A stretch of DNA of 62,066 nucleotides, counting the filler. It is 5 parts of 5 records of this genome, joined end to end, with 100 filler letters (N's around TTAATTAATTAA, not from the genome) between each part and the next. Parts side by side here need not be neighbours in the genome. Positions count along the whole stretch, not along the records: positions 31,096 to 38,489 come from DRR723986_7726; positions 38,590 to 54,330 come from DRR723986_7727; 3 more parts are not named here. One strand, given 5' to 3'. Positions 31,228-40,869 of the stretch are shown piece by piece. The translations under genes and the position numbers were made by a program. How positions within the stretch are numbered: the stretch's first letter is position 1; each line of letters begins with the position of its first letter. Below the pieces are notes generated by a model that saw only the letters and a program-made list of their open reading frames with translations, did not search any database and had not been told where the DNA came from.

Positions 31228-31607
31228 TCGGATACAACATTGAGGGAAATTTATAGGTCGAGTTTCTTAGCGTTTTGTGGATTAACACAATTGTTCAGCG
31301 ATTTCTGATCACTTTGAGCCCTTGCCATTGAATGGCGGCGGTCTCAGGTTCGCTTGCAGTTTTGTTCGTCGCTGGGCCGGACGCCACAAGTGTTTAAGTC
31401 TGGGAGTCTTTTTTTTGATGAATGTCGGGTTAACAGGCCTCGCGACGGCTTGCAGCTGTTGAGCTGTCTCAATTACTTGTGAATTCCGGTTCGGTGCAAA
31501 ACATACATCAAAAGAGTAAGCCACCGAACTTTGTGAAGGGGGCGCAGCGCTCAAGCCTGTTTGCGAAGTTCGCGCCGCAGAAATTCCTGAAAAAATAGAG
31601 GATGCAC

Positions 31608-31641
31608 AAAAAACGGGAACCGGATCAACTCCGGATTCCCG
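31608..31641 (-). terminator. intrinsic terminator of the small secreted protein gene
   Basis: Minus strand CGGGAATCCGGA-gttga-TCCGGTTCCCG followed by T6. Confidence 0.85.
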
Positions 31642-31666
31642 CTGTTAAATCACGCTTGCGCCTTCC

Positions 31667-32023
31667 TTAAAAGAAGACAAAAGTGTTGGGTGGTCCTCCC
31701 GCACGACAAATTGTAGCGGGGCAGTTAAGACCCGTCGCTACACAGGCACCTGGGGCTGGGGGGGTAATCGGGTTGGCGCTATTGTTAAGAAAGATCGCAT
31801 TAACAACTCCACCCGCATTCACGCAGACCGTTTGTCCGGGCGCGACATTACCAAGGTTAAAAAGCTGGTTGTTGCCGGTTAAAGTATACTGAACGTTAAC
31901 CGAACAGTTGCTGCTGTTGTTAGTGAAACAAATTGGTCCCTGTGCTTGCGCCTGTGGGCCGGCGGCAAAGAGTAAAAGGGTCATGACGGTCGCGATTAGA
32001 CAAGCTAAAACGGTGCGATTCAT
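31667..32023 (-). CDS. small secreted Cys/Asn-rich hypothetical protein (118 aa)
   Basis: GGAG RBS before ATG 32023; Sec signal ending AQA|Q; own terminator; six Cys in the 91-aa mature part. Confidence 0.85.
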   Translation of the reverse strand: MNRTVLACLIATVMTLLLFAAGPQAQAQGPICFTNNSSNCSVNVQYTLTGNNQLFNLGNVAPGQTVCVNAGGVVNAIFLNNSANPITPPAPGACVATGLNCPATICRAGGPPNTFVFF

Positions 32024-32457
32024 ACTGTGCTCCATTGAGTAATTGGCTGGCGGGGCCAGCATTAAAAAATGTTAAATGATTTAGGACAGAGAGATGCTGG
32101 TGCAATGCCCATCCGTGGGTGGGAAGTGGGCGCGGCAATCGTGGCAGTTCGGCAAAAAACTATCGCAGCGGCAGTGGGGTTAAGGGCCTGTGTAGAAGCC
32201 CGTGCACAAAATCTGCCAAAAAAATGTTGGACCTGCAAGTCTTTTTGTTCAATTCTCGAAGATGTCTGCGCACGCGATGCCGAAATTGACCACTTATCCA
32301 GATTCTACGCCCGTTTGAGTGGAAACAGTGGCCGTTCGTGTTTTTACTCTTGTCGGTGCAGCCAGGTACGTGCATCTTTTTAAATCAAAAATGTTAACAA
32401 GCGCCGGACTGGATGTGGAGGTTTAACATGCACGTACATCAATGAATACAAAATGGG

Positions 32458-34314
32458 GTGACACCCGACTGCGTGAGCGTGGCGCGGCCAAAGACAATTG
32501 TTACGGCGCTGCATCAGGAATGTGCCGTGGCAGCGCGGGGATTGGCCCAGCGGCGTTTGCAGTCTGCGCGCGTGGCGGCGCGTAATGCGCTTGGACTGGC
32601 GCGGCGTGCCGGCCTCAGCACTCTAATAGGCTGGGCGCTGCTGCATTTGGCGCTGGTGCGTATTCTGAGCGGCGAATTCAGGCGCGCGGAATACTGCAGC
32701 CGCGCCGCCACAGAGCATTTTGACTTGCCGGATGCGGCAGAGGCACGGGTTCTGGTCTTAAACAATCACGCCGTTTATCTCTCGTCGCAGGGGCGCTTCA
32801 ACGCAGCCCTTGAATCTTTTGCGGCAGCGCTGGGCAGCGTTAAACCCTTGCCGGGCGGCCTGCGTGGACTGATTCTACACAATCGCGCCGTGGCCCGCCT
32901 GAGTGCTGGAGACCTGGATACGGCAGTGCGCGATGCCGACCACAGCGTTCAGGCCTACAGGCAGGCAGCCGACATTGAAGGGCAGTGTTTAGCGCTGCTT
33001 CTGTCTGGACATCTTGCGTATCTGCTTGGCAGGGGTGAACATTCACTCAGAATACTTTTGCGCGCACGTGCATTGAGCGAAGGCCCCGAATTTGGCCGTG
33101 CGCGTTTTGGACGCAGCCTGCGTGCAAAAATCTTATTTAAATATGCCGTGCTCCTGGCGCATCGTAGTGATTCGATGCGGCAGCGTACGCGGGCTCTGGG
33201 TGCCGCGCGGACTGCTGCGCGCGCCGCGGCCGGCTGTAGTGATCACAGGCTGGAGGCGGCTGCCTTAGTTGTATTGGCGCGTTGTAGTAATTCCGGTCAG
33301 GTGCCGGTACTGCTGGGTCGTGCGCACCTGCTCGCCGAATCAGTTGCAGACCCGGAACTGCAACGCCAGGTTCTGAACGCACGCACGCTGCATCTGCAAG
33401 AGATCGGGGATCTGCGCGCCGCCTACAATTGTGGCCTGCAAGAGCAGAAACTGTGGCGTTGCCGCCGGGAGGATGTGCGCCGCCGGGAGCGTGCGCGTGA
33501 CCTGCGTGCCGGCGAGCTGGACAGCCTGCGCCGCCGCAGCGCCCTGATGCACGCGCAGGGGCAGAGTCTTGCCGCGGGCAACCGCGAGCTTGAACATGTC
33601 AATGCTCAGATTCGCGGGCTGGAGCGCGAACGCCACGAGCTGCTGGAGCTGGCGGCGCATGAATTGAAAAATCCGCTGGCGGCGCTGGTGCTGGACATCT
33701 CAATTATGCAGAACTATGCGCTGCGCATGCCGCCGGAAGAACGCCGCACTCGCGTGCGTGCGATGCATACTGCGGTTCTGCGCCTGCGTGAGATTGTAGA
33801 TGATGTGCTGCACGCACATTCGCTTGAAGCCTTTGCCGACTCAGTCTCGACCGCAAGCCTTGACCCCCTGCCCTTGTTACGCGGGCTTATCGCGGGATTT
33901 GAAGCCAAAGCACAGCGGAAACAGATAACGATCATCAGTGACCTGGCGGCTGGAGGCTGCTGCCTGGCCGGCCGCAAAGCATTGCGGCATGCGGTTGAAA
34001 ATCTACTGTCGAACGCCATAAAGTTTTCACCCTGCGGTCGTTGTGTGTGGCTGAGCCTGAAACCTGTGAGCGGAGCGCTGCAGATCCGTGTGCAAGATGA
34101 AGGACCGGGCATTCCGGCGGCCGAACGCGCGCAGTTGTTCACCAAATACGCACGCCTGAGCACCAAAGCCACGGGCGGCGAACACAGCAGCGGGCTGGGA
34201 CTGGCCTTGGTGAAGAAGTTAATGCAGGCCATGCAGGGCCAGGTCTGGCACGAAACCCCTGGAAAAGGCGGCGCCTGTTTTGTACTGCAATTGCGGGAGG
34301 CGCAATGTCGCTGA
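32458..34314 (+). CDS. soluble TPR-repeat sensor histidine kinase
   Basis: TPR-like helices, coiled coil, H-box AHELKNPL, N-box ENLLSNAIKFS, G1 DEGPGI, G2 GLGLALVK; start codon uncertain. Confidence 0.88.
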   Translation: MTPDCVSVARPKTIVTALHQECAVAARGLAQRRLQSARVAARNALGLARRAGLSTLIGWALLHLALVRILSGEFRRAEYCSRAATEHFDLPDAAEARVLVLNNHAVYLSSQGRFNAALESFAAALGSVKPLPGGLRGLILHNRAVARLSAGDLDTAVRDADHSVQAYRQAADIEGQCLALLLSGHLAYLLGRGEHSLRILLRARALSEGPEFGRARFGRSLRAKILFKYAVLLAHRSDSMRQRTRALGAARTAARAAAGCSDHRLEAAALVVLARCSNSGQVPVLLGRAHLLAESVADPELQRQVLNARTLHLQEIGDLRAAYNCGLQEQKLWRCRREDVRRRERARDLRAGELDSLRRRSALMHAQGQSLAAGNRELEHVNAQIRGLERERHELLELAAHELKNPLAALVLDISIMQNYALRMPPEERRTRVRAMHTAVLRLREIVDDVLHAHSLEAFADSVSTASLDPLPLLRGLIAGFEAKAQRKQITIISDLAAGGCCLAGRKALRHAVENLLSNAIKFSPCGRCVWLSLKPVSGALQIRVQDEGPGIPAAERAQLFTKYARLSTKATGGEHSSGLGLALVKKLMQAMQGQVWHETPGKGGACFVLQLREAQCR

Positions 34315-36284
34315 AGCAAGCACGGGCTGCGGACAGTCACGTTGCGCAAGCTCGCTACCGCTCGCTGCTGCGCCGTGCCGAAGTCTTGCTGCGCCGCGGA
34401 CGTTATGCTGCAGCCTACGAGAGTCTGCACGGACAGCTCGAAGATGTGCGGCTGCAGGCTGATGCGCAGGCGTATGCGCGCGCGCTCAAAGTGATTGGTG
34501 TCAGCCTGCAGGGCCTGGGCGAAACGGCGCGGGCCGTGCAGGTCTACCGCGAGATTTTATCGCAGGACCCGACGCAGTCGCGGGCAGAGCGGCCGGTGTC
34601 TGCGCGTCTGCGGGCCGATGTCTGCAACAACCTGGGGCTGATTTTTGCGGGTCTGGGGCGTCACGATGCTGCGCTGGAGCAATATCAACGCAGTATGCAG
34701 CTGGATCCCTCGCCGCCGGAAGCACCGGCGCGCGCACTGACGCACAACAATATCGGCCTGCTCTTGCATGACATGGGTTTGCCGGCCGCGGCGCTGACTC
34801 AATTTCGAACCAGCCTGAAAATCAAAATTGCGGCGGATGACAAAGCCGGGCAGGCGAATACTCTCGATAATATTGGTGCATTGCTGCTGGACATAGAGCG
34901 TGTGCGCGTTGCGCGTTCCTGTTTTCAGCAGGCGCTGGCGCTGCGCAGCAGCCTGGGTGATAGCCGCCGCGAAGCCGGAAGTTGTTTGCTCCTGGGCAAG
35001 TTGGACGCAAAAGTCTCTAACTGGCCGGCGGCCCTGCAGCAGGCCACGCGCGGACTGCAGTTGATGGCTTTTCGGGCCGGCAGTGCCGAGTACCTGGAAT
35101 TACTGCTGCTGGCGGGGCAGGCCCTGCTGCGACTGGAGTTTCGGGAGTCGGGCATACGCACTCTGACCTGGCTTGTGCAGCTGGCCGATACCGCCGGACT
35201 GCTCAAACCGGCGGTCGCAGCTCTGGACGAACTTGCGGCTGCATATGCAAACGCCGGCAACTTCAGAGCGGCCCTACATGCACAGCGTCACTGCCGCCTG
35301 CGCGAAGTCCAGCTGGAGCGTCGCGCCGATACCGCCGCTGCGCGGCGGCGGCACGTGCGTGCCCAGATATCAGCGCAGCGCGCGGAAGTCCGTGCGGCGC
35401 AGACGCGCATTGAGGCTCTGCGCAGCCAGCAAACAGCGCTTGAGGCGCGCCGCGCGCGGCTGCGACGGGCGCTGCAGCAGCGCGAGGCAATGCTGGAACA
35501 ACTCAAATATCAACTGCGCACGCCGCTTGCCGAATTGGTGTTCCGCGCCGCGCTCCTGCGCCGCAGCGCCGTGCTTGACAATCCGGCTGCAATGCGTCAG
35601 CAGCTGACAACAATGGCGCGCGACTGTCAGCAGATACAGGCGGACATCCAGAGACTTCTGCACGGAACGGAACGCAGTAAAACTGCGGGTGGCGGCCGGC
35701 CAACAACTATTGGGCAGATGCTGCGGGAAATTTGCACGCTGGCGGTGCAGCAGTTTGGGCAGGAACTGCATCTGGAGAATGTGGCTGCGAGCGGTGTTTT
35801 GCAGGCTGCATTCACGCCGGATGCGGATCTGGCAAGTGTGAGCGTGGATGCAAATCTGATGCAGCGCCTGCGACTTTTTTTACTCAATCTTCTGGCGGTT
35901 TTCAGCCTTAAATGCCAGGAGTTTCCGCGCGTTCAGGTTTTTGTGTCCGGCACCTTTCTGTACTTGTTTGTGCGCCGCGGCGCGTCACTGGGCTGGTTGG
36001 CGGAGTTGATCAATAGTCCGGCTGCGGGTTCAAGGCGCGCCGCGGCTGACATGTTGATGAGATCTTCGGCGGCGGCAGAAGTTGATGTGCCGGAGGTGAT
36101 TCCAGATAATGCCCCGGCTATTGCGCCGGATCTCTACCGCTGTTTAGTGTGCGAACTGGCGCGCAGCCTGGGCGTGGTTGGTGTCCGGCGGCGTCTTGAC
36201 GATGGCCCGGCCCTCGCACTGGCTATTCCACTTGCTGTTCCATTGACCGGTCCAGAAGCTGATTCAGTCTTTGATTCCAGCTAA
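34305..36284 (+). CDS. TPR-repeat protein with degenerate histidine-kinase C-terminus (pseudokinase)
   Basis: TPR motifs (CNNLGLIF, HNNIGLL, LDNIGAL), coiled coil, H-box remnant KYQLRTPL; no DxGxG or GxGL; overlaps the upstream gene by 10 nt. Confidence 0.8.
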   Translation: MSLKQARAADSHVAQARYRSLLRRAEVLLRRGRYAAAYESLHGQLEDVRLQADAQAYARALKVIGVSLQGLGETARAVQVYREILSQDPTQSRAERPVSARLRADVCNNLGLIFAGLGRHDAALEQYQRSMQLDPSPPEAPARALTHNNIGLLLHDMGLPAAALTQFRTSLKIKIAADDKAGQANTLDNIGALLLDIERVRVARSCFQQALALRSSLGDSRREAGSCLLLGKLDAKVSNWPAALQQATRGLQLMAFRAGSAEYLELLLLAGQALLRLEFRESGIRTLTWLVQLADTAGLLKPAVAALDELAAAYANAGNFRAALHAQRHCRLREVQLERRADTAAARRRHVRAQISAQRAEVRAAQTRIEALRSQQTALEARRARLRRALQQREAMLEQLKYQLRTPLAELVFRAALLRRSAVLDNPAAMRQQLTTMARDCQQIQADIQRLLHGTERSKTAGGGRPTTIGQMLREICTLAVQQFGQELHLENVAASGVLQAAFTPDADLASVSVDANLMQRLRLFLLNLLAVFSLKCQEFPRVQVFVSGTFLYLFVRRGASLGWLAELINSPAAGSRRAAADMLMRSSAAAEVDVPEVIPDNAPAIAPDLYRCLVCELARSLGVVGVRRRLDDGPALALAIPLAVPLTGPEADSVFDSS

Positions 36285-36419
36285 AGGCGCGCCGATCTGT
36301 CATACGCCAAGTCCGAATTTTCAGGTGCAGGCGGCAGTGCTTTGAGCCGCTTTCATGGGTGGATTCGTGGGCGGTTTCCTGGGTAGATCCGTGGATGGAT
36401 TAGTGGGAGCTTGGTGCAC

Positions 36420-36457
36420 AAAAAAACAAACCCGCAGCCGATTGCTCAGCTGCGGGT
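36420..36457 (-). terminator. intrinsic terminator of glnS
   Basis: Minus strand ACCCGCAGCTGA-gcaa-TCGGCTGCGGGT followed by TTGTTTTTTT. Confidence 0.85.
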
Positions 36458-36497
36458 CGTTAGATCTCAGGAACGGGATGGGAGTCGGTTGAGACTT

Positions 36498-38204
36498 TTA
36501 GCCCTTGCCTTTGACTTTTGCCCAGGTGTCGCGCAAAGTAACGGCACGATTAAACAACGGCGCGTCAGCACTCGAATCCGTGTCGGCACAGAAATAGCCG
36601 ATGCGCTCAAACTGAAAACGATCGCCGGGGCGTGAGTCCAGCAGCGCCGGTTCGATCAGGGCCGCATCATTGTGCGTAATCGAATCGGGATTGAGATCTT
36701 CCTTAAAGTCGCGCTCACCCTGGCCGGGAATGGCCGCGTTAAACAGGCGATCGTAGAGTTTGACGGTAGCCTTAACCGCGTGCTGCGCGGAGACCCAATG
36801 GATTGTGCCTTTGACGCGCCGTCCATCTTCGGACCATCCGCCACGCGTAGCCGGATCGTAGGTGCAATGCAGCTCGGTGACATTGCCGTCGGCATCTTTG
36901 ATCACATCATTGCAGGTGATGTAATAGGCGAATTTGAAGCGCACTTCGCGCCCGGGAGCGAGCCGGAAATACTTCTTAGGCGCATCTTCCATAAAGTCGC
37001 TACGCTCAATGAATAGCTCGCGTGAGAAGGGAAGTTTGCGGCTGCCGGCCGATTCATCTTCCGGATTGTTGATCGCATCCAACTCTTCGGTTTTGTCTTC
37101 CGGATAGTTGGTGATGACGACTTTGAGCGGATCGAGGACCGCCATGCGCCGCAGGGCCGTTTTATTAAGATCTTCACGCACGGCGTGTTCGAGCATGCCG
37201 ATATCAACGGTGCTGTTGTTTTTGGCCACACCGATGCGCTCGCAGAATGTACGGATCGCGGCCGGCGGGTAACCACGGCGGCGCATGCCGGAAATCGTGG
37301 GCATGCGCGGGTCGTCCCAACCGGAAACAAAACCGGCTTCAACCAGTTCACGCAGCTGACGCTTGTGCATGACGGTGTAGTTCAGGTTCAGGCGCGCAAA
37401 TTCGATTTGTCGTGGCTTGTGCTCAAAGCCAATTTTTTCCACGAACCAGTTGTAGAGCGGCCGGTGGTCCTCAAACTCAACTGTACAGAGCGAGTGGGTT
37501 ATTTTTTCGATCGCATCACCCTGGCCATGCGCCCAATCGTAGGTCGGGTAGATGTTCCAATCGTCACCAGTGCGGTGGTGGTGCGCATATTTAATGCGAT
37601 ACATGGCGGGGTCGCGCATGTTCATGTTGGCGGCGGTCATATCGATTTTAGCGCGTAACACGTACGCTCCTTCGTCGAATTCACCAGCGCGCATGCGTGC
37701 AAACAGGTCCAGGTTTTCTTCAACGCTACGATCGCGGTCGGGACTGTTGCGGCCCGGCTCTTTCAGTGTTCCGCGATACTTGCGCATTTCTTCTGCTGAG
37801 AGGCTGTCAACATAGGCCAGGCCTTTTTTGATTAATTCCACGGCATAACCGTAGAGGCTCTCAAAGTAGTCGGAAGAAAAGTAGAGTCTGTCTTCCCAGT
37901 CAAATCCCAGCCAGCGAATATCTTCCTGAATCGACTCAACGTACTCGACTTTTTCCTTCGTCGGATTCGTGTCATCAAAGCGCAGATTACATTTGGTACC
38001 GTAGGCTTCGGCAATTCCAAAGTTGAGGCAGACAGCTTTGGCGTGCCCAATGTGCATATATCCATTCGGCTCGGGAGGAAAGCGCGTGTGTATGCGCCCC
38101 TGGTTTTTGCCCAGGCGCAGGTCTTCCTCAATAATTTGACGAATGAAATTGCTCGGTGCGGGATCTTTTTCCGCGCCGCTTGCGGATGCATTGTGCGACG
38201 ACAT
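36498..38204 (-). CDS. glnS: glutamine--tRNA ligase
   Basis: [33 protein letters not shown] and [12 protein letters not shown] 38204 preferred over TTG 38225. Confidence 0.96.
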   Translation of the reverse strand: MSSHNASASGAEKDPAPSNFIRQIIEEDLRLGKNQGRIHTRFPPEPNGYMHIGHAKAVCLNFGIAEAYGTKCNLRFDDTNPTKEKVEYVESIQEDIRWLGFDWEDRLYFSSDYFESLYGYAVELIKKGLAYVDSLSAEEMRKYRGTLKEPGRNSPDRDRSVEENLDLFARMRAGEFDEGAYVLRAKIDMTAANMNMRDPAMYRIKYAHHHRTGDDWNIYPTYDWAHGQGDAIEKITHSLCTVEFEDHRPLYNWFVEKIGFEHKPRQIEFARLNLNYTVMHKRQLRELVEAGFVSGWDDPRMPTISGMRRRGYPPAAIRTFCERIGVAKNNSTVDIGMLEHAVREDLNKTALRRMAVLDPLKVVITNYPEDKTEELDAINNPEDESAGSRKLPFSRELFIERSDFMEDAPKKYFRLAPGREVRFKFAYYITCNDVIKDADGNVTELHCTYDPATRGGWSEDGRRVKGTIHWVSAQHAVKATVKLYDRLFNAAIPGQGERDFKEDLNPDSITHNDAALIEPALLDSRPGDRFQFERIGYFCADTDSSADAPLFNRAVTLRDTWAKVKGKG

Positions 38205-38489
38205 GGTCGGCCTCGAAATCTTCAATGTTAATGGCTTAGGGCTCCGGACTTAAGCCGGAGTACGGCACAAATTTGCCACAAATTTGTCAGTTGCGGAAAC
38301 GGGTGCCGCAAATAGCGGGGTTTGAGTCTGTTTTGTAGCGCAAATGGCGATTGAATTGCCCGGCACTTTGTGGAGTCTTTTGGCTTTGGGCGGAAACTCC
38401 GGCGGCTTTTGTGATTTCTGAGCGCTTTGAGCTCCTGCGTTCGCCTGCTCACTTCGGCACTCAGGCTCTTTGATTTTTTTGTTTGTCAC

Positions 38490-38589
38490 NNNNNNNNNNN
38501 NNNNNNNNNNNNNNNNNNNNNNNNNNNNNNNNNTTAATTAATTAANNNNNNNNNNNNNNNNNNNNNNNNNNNNNNNNNNNNNNNNNNNN
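38490..38589. other. artificial contig-joining spacer
   Basis: N-run with TTAATTAATTAA at 38534-38545. Confidence 0.99.
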
Positions 38590-39926
38590 TCCATGGAATC
38601 CACGTGATCACCAGCTTTGTGATAGTATTTGTTGATATCATCATCAAAAGCAGTGAATCCCAAACTGAAGGTAGGAGCAGGAATGCCTTCTTTGGCGAAG
38701 TTCACATTATCCGATCTATCGTAAAGTCCCTGTTCTGGAGCCGGATCAGCAATTGCTTTCAAACCAAAGTCAGAAACAGCTTCCGATACTAAGTCATCAG
38801 CAGATGTTCTACCTAAACCGATTACGGTAATGATAGAAGTATCATTGTAACCTGCACCATCGATATTCAAGTTGTAAACGATTTGATTGAGTGGAATGAG
38901 CGGATTGCTTGCAAAATACCCGCTGCCCAAAAGTCCCTTTTCCTCAGCTGTCCAAAGTGCCAATAGAATTGATCTTTTTGGAGGATTTTTGGCAAAGAAC
39001 TTAGCCGCATTCATCACAGCAACTGTACCCACGGCATTGTCGCGAGTTCCATTGTAAATAGAATCGCCAGAAGCATCTGGAGTTCCAATTCCCACGTGAT
39101 CGTAATGTGCAGAAAGCATGACGAACTCGTCTTTCAATGTTTTGTCCGTTCCTTCGATCCAGGCAAGCACATTTTTGCCTTCAACAGGTGTGTTTTTTTT
39201 GCCTTCAATGGAGAGAGAAGCCTCCACCTTTCCGGCAGTTAATTGATTTTTAAAGGTGTTTTTCACATCCTCTATCCAGATATATGGCATTTTGCTTGAT
39301 TCGCCATTATCTATGACCATCTGACTACGATTGAGGTAATTGACAATTAATGGCCAAGGAATAGATGGGATATTGAAGCGCTCAATGACTCCAATCGCCC
39401 CAGCAGCTTCGGCAAGTTTAGCTTTCTCGCTACCTAAGGCAAACAAATCAGCGGGACTCATACGATCTGGAGCGCCTACATTGGTCAGTAGGATTTTGCC
39501 TTTCAGGTCTTTCCCCTCCAAATCATCAGCAAGCCCAAAACCAACATCCACTAACTCGTATTTCCCGGAAATCGCATCACCATTGATGACAAGCATGTTT
39601 TTACCTTGGGAATAAACCGAATCTTTCAATTTGATTTCACCTTTACTTGGAGGAGAAGACATCATGAAAGGAATATTTTGAAAGTAGCCATCTGCGCCGG
39701 GAACTGGTTTCGCGCCTGCATCTTGCAACTGCATTGATATATAATTGTAGGCCATTGCCATTTCTGGTGCCGCTGGGTCTCTTCCTTTCAATTCATCTGA
39801 TGCTAGATAAGTGAGGTCAGCTATTGCAGCTGTTTCATTGAATTTTTTATCAATTTTCTTCTTTTGCGCTTCTGCCGCAAAAGTCACTGATAGTAAAAGG
39901 CTTATTCCTAACAGGGGTTTTTTCAT
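38590..39926 (-). CDS. M28 family aminopeptidase with PA domain (3' truncated)
   Basis: Signal peptide; SAHYDH, NGTRDNAVG, AEEKGLLGS, RSDN and YH..D motifs. Confidence 0.9.
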
Positions 39927-39979
39927 ATGTTTGATCGATTTATGTTCTAAAGTAATTGAATTTGGGGAAAAGCTGACTT

Positions 39980-40687
39980 TTAACCCTCTAAATCAAGTTC
40001 TGACAAACCGAGAATGCTCAAGGTTTCATGGAAATGTAGAGGAAGGGAAGCTTCAATAGATACTTTTTGGCTAGAATTAGGGTGAATGAATTCAAGTCTT
40101 TTAGCATGTAATAGCAGGTTCACCATCCCATATTGCTTCTCGAAAAACTGGTTTTGCTTATTGTCTCCATGCTTCCTATCCCCCAAAATATAGTGTCGTA
40201 TATGTGCCAAATGCCTTCTGATTTGATGCGTCCGGCCTGTTTCAGGTTTCAGTTCCAGTAAGCTATAGCGACTAGTCGGATATCTACCTGTTGTATCAAA
40301 TGGGATTTCCGCTTCAGCAATTACTTTATATTGGGTTTGCGCTTCCTGCAGTTTATTGGAGCGCTCGCTGGTCAACGGATGATCTATCAGGTCTGATTTG
40401 ATTCCAGGAATTCCACGGACAATAGCCAAGTAGGTTTTTTGGACTGATCGATTTGAAAATTGCTCTTTAAGTAAAGGCAATATTTCTTCTTTCTTAGAGA
40501 ATAGTAAAACTCCACTGGTCGGTCTGTCCAAGCGATGTGCTGGAGATACATGTTGACCTATCTGATCACGTAGCATTTGTAAAGCAAATACCGTTTCCTC
40601 CGCTGCTATGGAAGTTCGGTGAACGAGCAAACCCGAAGGTTTATTAATGGCAATAAGGTATTCGTCTTCAAAGAGGATTTCTAACAC
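39980..40687 (-). CDS. pseudouridine synthase, TruC/RluA family
   Basis: INKPSGLLVH, HRLDRPTSG catalytic motif and TGRTHQIRRH; probably TruC-like. Confidence 0.9.
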   Translation of the reverse strand: MLEILFEDEYLIAINKPSGLLVHRTSIAAEETVFALQMLRDQIGQHVSPAHRLDRPTSGVLLFSKKEEILPLLKEQFSNRSVQKTYLAIVRGIPGIKSDLIDHPLTSERSNKLQEAQTQYKVIAEAEIPFDTTGRYPTSRYSLLELKPETGRTHQIRRHLAHIRHYILGDRKHGDNKQNQFFEKQYGMVNLLLHAKRLEFIHPNSSQKVSIEASLPLHFHETLSILGLSELDLEG

Positions 40688-40765
40688 AGGGGAATTTAAA
40701 ATGAATGAATGAAGAATTTAAAATAATGGCTATCTGAATGTAATGATTGAGGTTCAGGTTTAGCT

Positions 40766-40795
40766 ATTCCCCCTTTTAAAGGGGGGTAGGGGGAT
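40766..40795. repeat. short palindromic REP-like element
   Basis: TCCCCCTTTTAAAGGGGGG-TAGGGGGAT, a GC-rich hairpin in an AT-rich intergenic region; single copy in the window. Confidence 0.45.
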
Positions 40796-40806
40796 TTTTT
40801 TTAGTT

Positions 40807-40855
40807 AAAAAGAGGCTAATGAACTGAACTTAAGGTCTCACATTTCATTAGCCTC
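40807..40855 (-). terminator. intrinsic terminator of mnmA
   Basis: 12-bp stem GAGGCTAATGAA/TTCATTAGCCTC, with a T-run on the minus strand. Confidence 0.75.
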
Positions 40856-40869
40856 GTAAATCTTAAATC

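Noticed and set aside
31275-31292. DnaA-box-like TGTGGATTA suggesting a replication origin
   Set aside because: One mismatched box only; no cluster and no origin-associated genes.
38250-38489. 79-aa and 74-aa ORFs upstream of glnS
   Set aside because: No motifs or RBS; probably promoter or intergenic DNA at a contig end.
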